A stretch of DNA of 64,000 bases, taken from positions 453,840 through 517,839 of the forward strand of contig JADJOH010000008.1 in NCBI GenBank assembly GCA_016713925.1, in the 5' to 3' direction. Each line of letters begins with the position of its first letter. Positions within the stretch are counted from its first letter, which is position 1. Positions 58,406 through 64,000 of this stretch are shown here, in pieces. The position numbers and the translations under genes are program-made. This DNA comes from Bacteroidota bacterium. Its GTDB lineage: Bacteria; Bacteroidota; Bacteroidia; AKYH767-A; OLB10. The notes under the pieces were generated by a model. It ran no database searches, was not told where the DNA came from, and saw nothing but the letters and a program-made list of their open reading frames with translations.

Positions 58406-58612
58406 GATGTTTGTTTTTTATAGTTTTTATTTTGTTTGATAAGTCAAAAGTATATTCATCTTGTCCGGTCTGTATGGAACTTTATAGAGACGGTCACTTT
58501 GCTTTGTAAATGGTCTTGTCCGGCGTGTATTTGTCAAATAAGGGAGAACCCTATGTTGAACAGGATGAAAAAAAATGACCTTATATAATGGATTGGAACT
58601 TGAAAAGGTGTT

Positions 58613-58744
58613 GGAAATGATATCCTAAACTTTTCTTTTGGTTATATACCAACTGATGTATCGGGCGATGGAGTGGTGGATATCACTGATCAGGCGATTT
58701 TAGATACTAACGTCTTAAATTTCGTTGGGTCTATTCATCCGTAA
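58613..58744 (+). pseudogene. Orphan remnant of the giant-protein C-terminal dockerin-like end (last about 43 aa)
   Basis: It translates to GNDILNFSFGYIPTDVSGDGVVDITDQAILDTNVLNFVGSIHP*, against GNDILNFASGYVPTDVSGDGVVDITDQAIVDNNILNFIGSIHP* in genes A and C. No upstream ORF is attached. Confidence 0.7.
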
Positions 58745-58864
58745 AGAAATTGGAGCCTACATCATATCAGACTTTGTTGTCCCTGCCATTTTCGGAGGGA
58801 CTTTCGTTCCGTTTGATTGATTTGGCTCTAATTATCTATTTTTGTCATTCAAAATTATAGAAAG

Positions 58865-60016
58865 ATGAACGATAATTCCGGTTTCGGTACCAAAGCTATA
58901 CATGCAGGTCAGCATCCTGACCCCACTACCGGTGCTATTATGACACCTATTTACCAAACCAGTACCTATGTGCAGGAATGGCCGGGTAAGCACAAGGGTT
59001 ATGCCTATGCCAGAGGGAAAAATCCGACCCGTTCCGCCTTGGAGCAGTGTATCGCAGCCCTGGAGAATGCGGAACATGGATTATGTTTCAGTAGCGGACA
59101 AGGGGCCAGTGATGCAATTATCAAAATGCTGCGTCCCGGTGATGAAGTCATTGCGACCAATGATTTGTATGGCGGTAGCTACCGGATGTTCACTAAAATA
59201 TTTGAACCTTTTGGAATAAAATTTCATTTTGTAAACATGTATGACGCGAATAATATTCGCAATCATATCAATGATAAAACCAGAATGCTCTGGGTAGAGA
59301 CACCTACTAATCCTACCATGCAAATTATTGATATAAGAGCATGTGCTGCTATTGCGAAGGAGTCAAAGCTCATCCTGGTCGTCGATAATACTTTCGCTTC
59401 ACCTTATTTGCAGAATCCACTTGCCCTGGGTGCTGATATTGTAATGCACTCTGTCACGAAATACCTCGGTGGACATAGTGACGTGGTGATGGGTGCTATC
59501 TGTACCAACAACAAGGAATACTATGATCAATTGGCTTTTATCCATAACAGTTGTGGAGCTACTCCGGGACCAATGGATAGTTTTTTAGTATTACGTGGTA
59601 TAAAAACATTGCACGTGCGCATGGAGCGCCATTGCAGCAATGGAAAAGCAATAGCAGAATATTTGAGAGCACATCCTAAAGTAGATAAAGTGTACTGGCC
59701 CGGTTTTACTGATCATCCTAATCATCATATCGCCAAAGCACAGATGAAGGATTTCGGAGGGATGATTTCGTTTACACTTAAAAATGCTACCGTGGAAGAA
59801 ACATTTACTATGGCTTCGAAAGTTAAAGTATTCTCTTTGGCTGAATCACTCGGTGGTGTTGAGTCGCTGTTGAATCACCCTGCTACGATGACTCATGCAT
59901 CTATACCAAAAGAAGAAAGAGAAAAGGCGGGCGTAACCGATGGCTTGATTCGTTTAAGCGTAGGCATTGAAGATATTGAGGACTTGTTGGAGGATTTAAG
60001 ACAGGCGATAGGTTGA
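58865..60016 (+). CDS. PLP-dependent trans-sulfuration enzyme (cystathionine gamma-synthase / beta-lyase / methionine gamma-lyase family)
   Basis: 383 aa. Cys/Met-metabolism PLP family motifs are present (AIHAG..PD..TGA...PIY.TSTY; SVTKYLGGHSDVV, the PLP-Lys). Whether it is MetB or MetC cannot be decided from the sequence. Confidence 0.85.
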   Translation: MNDNSGFGTKAIHAGQHPDPTTGAIMTPIYQTSTYVQEWPGKHKGYAYARGKNPTRSALEQCIAALENAEHGLCFSSGQGASDAIIKMLRPGDEVIATNDLYGGSYRMFTKIFEPFGIKFHFVNMYDANNIRNHINDKTRMLWVETPTNPTMQIIDIRACAAIAKESKLILVVDNTFASPYLQNPLALGADIVMHSVTKYLGGHSDVVMGAICTNNKEYYDQLAFIHNSCGATPGPMDSFLVLRGIKTLHVRMERHCSNGKAIAEYLRAHPKVDKVYWPGFTDHPNHHIAKAQMKDFGGMISFTLKNATVEETFTMASKVKVFSLAESLGGVESLLNHPATMTHASIPKEEREKAGVTDGLIRLSVGIEDIEDLLEDLRQAIG

Positions 60017-60020
60017 TATA

Positions 60021-60237
60021 TTACGAATTACGAAATTGTACGGAAGTGCGAATTACGAAAGTATACGGAAGTGCGAATTACGAAATTGTACGGAAGTGCG
60101 AATTACGAAAGTATACGGAAGTGCGAATTACGAAATTGTACGGAAGTGCGAATTACGAAAGTATACGGAAGTGCGAATTACGAAATTGTACGGAAGTGCG
60201 AATTACGAAATTGTACGGAAGTGCGAATTACGAAAAA
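60021..60237. repeat. Tandem array of about 8.5 copies of a 25-bp unit, AATTACGAAA(T/G)T(G/A)TACGGAAGTGCG, with two variants alternating
   Basis: Direct reading. It starts 5 nt after the metB/C-family stop and ends about 290 bp upstream of the sensor kinase gene. ORFs 60013..60387 and 60036..60299 are artefacts of the repeat. Confidence 0.9.
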
Positions 60238-60529
60238 TGGCTGAAAGCGCGGAACCGGCCTACCGGCAGGCTGGTTCGAAATGGACGAAATGCGAATAGC
60301 GAAATATGGAATAAAAGGAATCAACACCCGAATTTCGTTTGCGTAGAAAGCCGGACTTCAATTTATCATTGGATTTACCATTTTTAGGCAGATTATTGGT
60401 TTTTATGTAAAGGAAGGGTGTAGATTTTTTCATTTACCGGATTAATTTTGTAAGTTTGCTTATAGCACGTACTGATTTATTATTTATATCATGAGGACAG
60501 GTCTTCCTTTTTAAGGATTTTAATCCCCG

Positions 60530-63500
60530 GTGATAGGTGATGGACACAATATGAGAAGACTTTTAACCATATCTCTTTCTGTTTTATTGTTTCTCCATGC
60601 GGCGATTTTAACAGCGCAGGAGAAATCAGTTTACCTGAAGTCATACCATGCTGTCGACGGTCTTTCCGATAATAATGTTACCTGTATTGTTCAGGATAAG
60701 TATGGTTTTATTTGGATAGGTACAAAAGATGGCTTGAACCGGTTTGATGGAAAGGAGTTTCAGGTGTTTCGCAATGATCCAAAAGATTCTGTTTCGCTTT
60801 CTTCTAACAATATCACCTGTCTGGAAATTTCCAATGACTCTATATTGTGGATTGGAACAGCAAATGCAGGTTTTTGTTCTTATGATTTCAAGTCAGGGCA
60901 TTTTCGACGATTTACTATAGAATCAGCCGGATTACTATCAAATTATGTGAATTCACTTTCGTTTGATCAGCGTAAAAGTGGATTATGGGTAGGTCAGAAT
61001 AACGGAGGATTGAGTTTTCTTGATTTCAAAACGAACCGAGCTAAAACTCTAATTGACAACAAGACCTATTTTGATATTGCTGTGATGGATGACCATGTAT
61101 ATGCTGCTGCAATCGGCAGATCCATTCGACGAATTCAAAAATTAGATTTGTATGACTCCAGCACTGCGAAATATGCAAGCACTGTGAATACAATATTCCG
61201 TTCTGATGACGGTAAAATCTGGTGCGGTGCCTGGGACAATGGCCTGCATTTATTTGATGGAGTGACGAGGAAAGCTTCTTACATTTTTGACAATAATGGT
61301 CGATTGAGTTATAACGGCGATGAAATACTATCTATAGCTGAAGATGAACAGCAGCTACTTTGGCTGGGCACCCGAATGTCAGGGTTGAGATTCTTTGATA
61401 TGAAGTCCCGCACTTTTATACCACCCTTTCGATTTTCCGAGGAAGTGAGTGGCCGGGTGAATAGTTTGTTCAAGGATAAGAATAATCGAATCTGGATTGG
61501 TAGCGCAGCCGGACTATATCTTTACGATCCCTTGCTGAATCAGTTCAACGTAGTGATGTTAAACGATGATAGATCAGATGTTGATTGTCCGGTGAATGGA
61601 AGATTAATAACAAAGAGTGGTTTGGATCTTGTCATTTCACCCTGCGGACTCTACTTTAAGCACAAACAAGAGAACCGGTATAGTTTTAAATCTTTTGTTG
61701 AAGATAGTATAAAATTACAATTGGTATCTATTTTTAAAACCAGTTCAAATAGGATTTTAATTGGTACAAATAAAACAGTATATTTTTTAGATACTGTAAA
61801 TATTGCTTTATCTCCCATTACAAAAATCAATGGAAATTTTAAGAATCATTTTCATTCTATATATTCATCGCGCTTTAACGCGATGTCACCTTTAAGAAAA
61901 GAGAATGATAGTATGATTTTTATTGTGGCATATGGTCATGAAATGTTTCTATTTAACAGGAACACAGAACAAGTGATTAATATTGGATTTGGGAAGGATA
62001 GTATTTCAGATATTTATATTGATAATCTTATTCGCAAAATTGTTGTCGATAAAAGGAACAGAATATTTTTATGTGGCGCATCAAGAGGCCTTCAGCAGTT
62101 TTTTATTAAGGAGCAATTTAGGTTCGATAATTATTTTTATAATGACAGCTTGAAGTTTATTAAAGAATGTTCCTGGCGCACTTATGCTAAGCTGGATGAA
62201 AATACGATCAATGATATTTTCGATATGACTGAACTGAGTGATGGATCATATTATGCGACCAGTCAGGGCAATGGCTTACTCCGCTTTCATCCGGATGATA
62301 TTGATCGTCCTTTTGTAACTATGAATGCTCCTGTTAAATCGACGATGGGTATTTCGGCGGTTAGTGATTCCTCTATATGGATGATTACTTCTAAAGGTAT
62401 TTTAAATTATAACATCAATACGGGCAGGTATATACTCTATTCGGAACTACATGGACTTCCATCCGGAATGACGGGTTATTTTTATAAAGATAAGGACGGA
62501 CAACTCACGGCGGGTTTTGGAAATGGGTTTGTTAGTTTTTATCCGGAACGAATTAAAGCTCATGCGGAGAAACCAACTTTATACCTGACAAAGTACTGGG
62601 TCATGGATGAGCTTCAGAAGGAGAAAATCAGTAGAGAATTGGTGATGAAACATGATCGGAACTTTGTTCGATTCTATTTATCCTCAAATTGCTTTTCTTT
62701 CAATGAACAAAATGAGTATCGGTATTTTCTGGAAGGGATTGATCAGCAATGGAGAAGTAATGGCTCTGATCCGCTCATAACATACACGAATTTACCACCC
62801 GGAGACTATACTTTTCGTTGTATGGTTTTAAATAGTAGCGGAATCGCCAGTGATCAATTGAACATCCTCATTACAATAATTCCTCCGTTTTATACAACAT
62901 GGTGGTTTTATTTATTGATAGCCGGGTTTATTGCTGTACTTATTTATGCGATGTACCGGTATCGGCTTCTTCAAATTCTTAAACTGCAAAATATCCGTAA
63001 CCATATCGCCAGAGACTTGCACGATGATATTGGATCTACGTTGGGAAGTATTCAAATATATAGTCAGGTTGCGAAGGTGAAGTTAAATGGTGAAGCCTCA
63101 GAGACCATCGGCCCAATACTTAAGAAAATCGAGGATAATGCCAAAGAGATAATAGAGAAAACAAGTGATACCGTATGGTTTGTTAAATCGTCCAATGATA
63201 GTTTCCATGAATTGTTCATTCGAATGGAAAGTCATATCGCCGGATTGTTACAACATAGCCCTATTCGTTTCAACATTGTGGCTGACCCAACATTGTTTAC
63301 GCTTAAGCTGGATATGACATCCAAGCGAAACCTCTTTCTTATTTTCAAGGAAGCTTTGCATAACATGGTGAAGTATTCAAATGCAACAGAGGTGGAGGTG
63401 AAACTTGAAGTTAGAAATTCGAAGTATCGGCTGGTTATTCGTGATAATGGCGAGGGATTCGACAGAAGCAAGTATAGTAATCCTTTAAATGGAAATGGAT

Positions 63501-63595
63501 TGGCAAATATGGAAAATCGGGCATCTGAAATGAAAGGAAATCTTCGAATTGATGCAGCTCCCGGAAAAGGAACAGTCATTGTAGTGGAATTTTGA
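60530..63595 (+). CDS. Sensor histidine kinase (propeller + Y_Y_Y + TM + HisKA_3 + HATPase_c), paralogue of 45268..48447
   Basis: 1021 aa with the same architecture and motifs (WIGT..GL..FD blades; TM TWWFYLLIAGFIAVLIYAM; H-box ARDLHDDIGSTLGSI; GNGL...GKGT). Confidence 0.85.
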   Translation: MIGDGHNMRRLLTISLSVLLFLHAAILTAQEKSVYLKSYHAVDGLSDNNVTCIVQDKYGFIWIGTKDGLNRFDGKEFQVFRNDPKDSVSLSSNNITCLEISNDSILWIGTANAGFCSYDFKSGHFRRFTIESAGLLSNYVNSLSFDQRKSGLWVGQNNGGLSFLDFKTNRAKTLIDNKTYFDIAVMDDHVYAAAIGRSIRRIQKLDLYDSSTAKYASTVNTIFRSDDGKIWCGAWDNGLHLFDGVTRKASYIFDNNGRLSYNGDEILSIAEDEQQLLWLGTRMSGLRFFDMKSRTFIPPFRFSEEVSGRVNSLFKDKNNRIWIGSAAGLYLYDPLLNQFNVVMLNDDRSDVDCPVNGRLITKSGLDLVISPCGLYFKHKQENRYSFKSFVEDSIKLQLVSIFKTSSNRILIGTNKTVYFLDTVNIALSPITKINGNFKNHFHSIYSSRFNAMSPLRKENDSMIFIVAYGHEMFLFNRNTEQVINIGFGKDSISDIYIDNLIRKIVVDKRNRIFLCGASRGLQQFFIKEQFRFDNYFYNDSLKFIKECSWRTYAKLDENTINDIFDMTELSDGSYYATSQGNGLLRFHPDDIDRPFVTMNAPVKSTMGISAVSDSSIWMITSKGILNYNINTGRYILYSELHGLPSGMTGYFYKDKDGQLTAGFGNGFVSFYPERIKAHAEKPTLYLTKYWVMDELQKEKISRELVMKHDRNFVRFYLSSNCFSFNEQNEYRYFLEGIDQQWRSNGSDPLITYTNLPPGDYTFRCMVLNSSGIASDQLNILITIIPPFYTTWWFYLLIAGFIAVLIYAMYRYRLLQILKLQNIRNHIARDLHDDIGSTLGSIQIYSQVAKVKLNGEASETIGPILKKIEDNAKEIIEKTSDTVWFVKSSNDSFHELFIRMESHIAGLLQHSPIRFNIVADPTLFTLKLDMTSKRNLFLIFKEALHNMVKYSNATEVEVKLEVRNSKYRLVIRDNGEGFDRSKYSNPLNGNGLANMENRASEMKGNLRIDAAPGKGTVIVVEF

Positions 63596-63661
63596 ATTTC
63601 ACCAGAATTGGTGGTATTTAATTTTAAATTTACTCCTTACTATTGTAAAAGTTATTGAACG

Positions 63662-64000
63662 ATGATCAAAATTATTTTATTTGACGACAACCGTAGCATT
63701 TGCGATTCTATAGGGTTGCTCCTTTCTACGATAGATGATATGAGGTTAGTGGCCACCTATCATAATGTAGAAGATGTAATTGACAGAGTGCGTAAGGCTA
63801 ATCCGGATGTAATTTTGATGGATATTGATATGTCAGGGATTACAGGTATTGAAGCGGTAAGGCAACTTCGCTCAAAAAATATTACCATTCCTGTTATCAT
63901 GCTGACCGGTTTTGAAGATGCCGATAAAGTATTTGCCTCCATATGTGCCGGTGCTAACGGCTATATTTTAAAAAGTGCAAATATGAATGAGTTGGTAGGT
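63662..64000 (+). CDS. Response regulator (receiver domain; presumably LuxR family), 3'-truncated by the window end
   Basis: MIKIILFDDNRSICDSIGLL...PDVILMDIDMSGITGIEAV...ILKS is a REC domain. The ORF runs off the window. Confidence 0.8.
   Translation, partial: MIKIILFDDNRSICDSIGLLLSTIDDMRLVATYHNVEDVIDRVRKANPDVILMDIDMSGITGIEAVRQLRSKNITIPVIMLTGFEDADKVFASICAGANGYILKSANMNELVG

Overview
This 64-kb window looks like a Bacteroidota chromosome: AT-rich, no Shine-Dalgarno-dependent starts, many lipoproteins and SprB-repeat giant proteins, and 'two-component regulator propeller/Y_Y_Y' sensor kinases. The left half (1-27 kb) is housekeeping and envelope genes. These are a CzcB/CzcA-type heavy-metal RND efflux operon in which the pump is fused in-frame to its outer-membrane factor, a B12-binding domain protein, a crotonase, an OmpA-family lipoprotein, a Wzi/RemB-like gene, a WecA-like transferase, an MltD-like LysM transglycosylase, tRNA-Gln(TTG), an MnmD-like methyltransferase, a thioredoxin, a Wzx-like flippase, exonuclease III and a 1165-aa outer-membrane protein. 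The right half (27.8-58.1 kb) is an accessory island of three giant secreted proteins of about 1925, 3500 and 3050 aa. They are built from SprB repeats, lamin-tail domains, beta-helix repeats and IPT/TIG domains, and all three end in the same roughly 190-aa C-terminal module, which finishes with tandem dockerin-like Ca-binding repeats. Two of them share a near-identical 1.6-kb 3' cassette, and an orphan remnant of the same end lies downstream. Two paralogous sensor-kinase/LuxR-regulator pairs bracket the island. Next to it sits an orphan GG-leader, Cys-rich candidate RiPP/bacteriocin precursor. The window is also rich in tandem and interspersed repeats: a 160-bp array after the tRNA, a phased 10-bp x19 array, a 25-bp array and structured hairpin elements. 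It contains several genes broken at homopolymer runs, which is more consistent with assembly errors than with biology, plus one in-frame TAA in an acylphosphatase gene.
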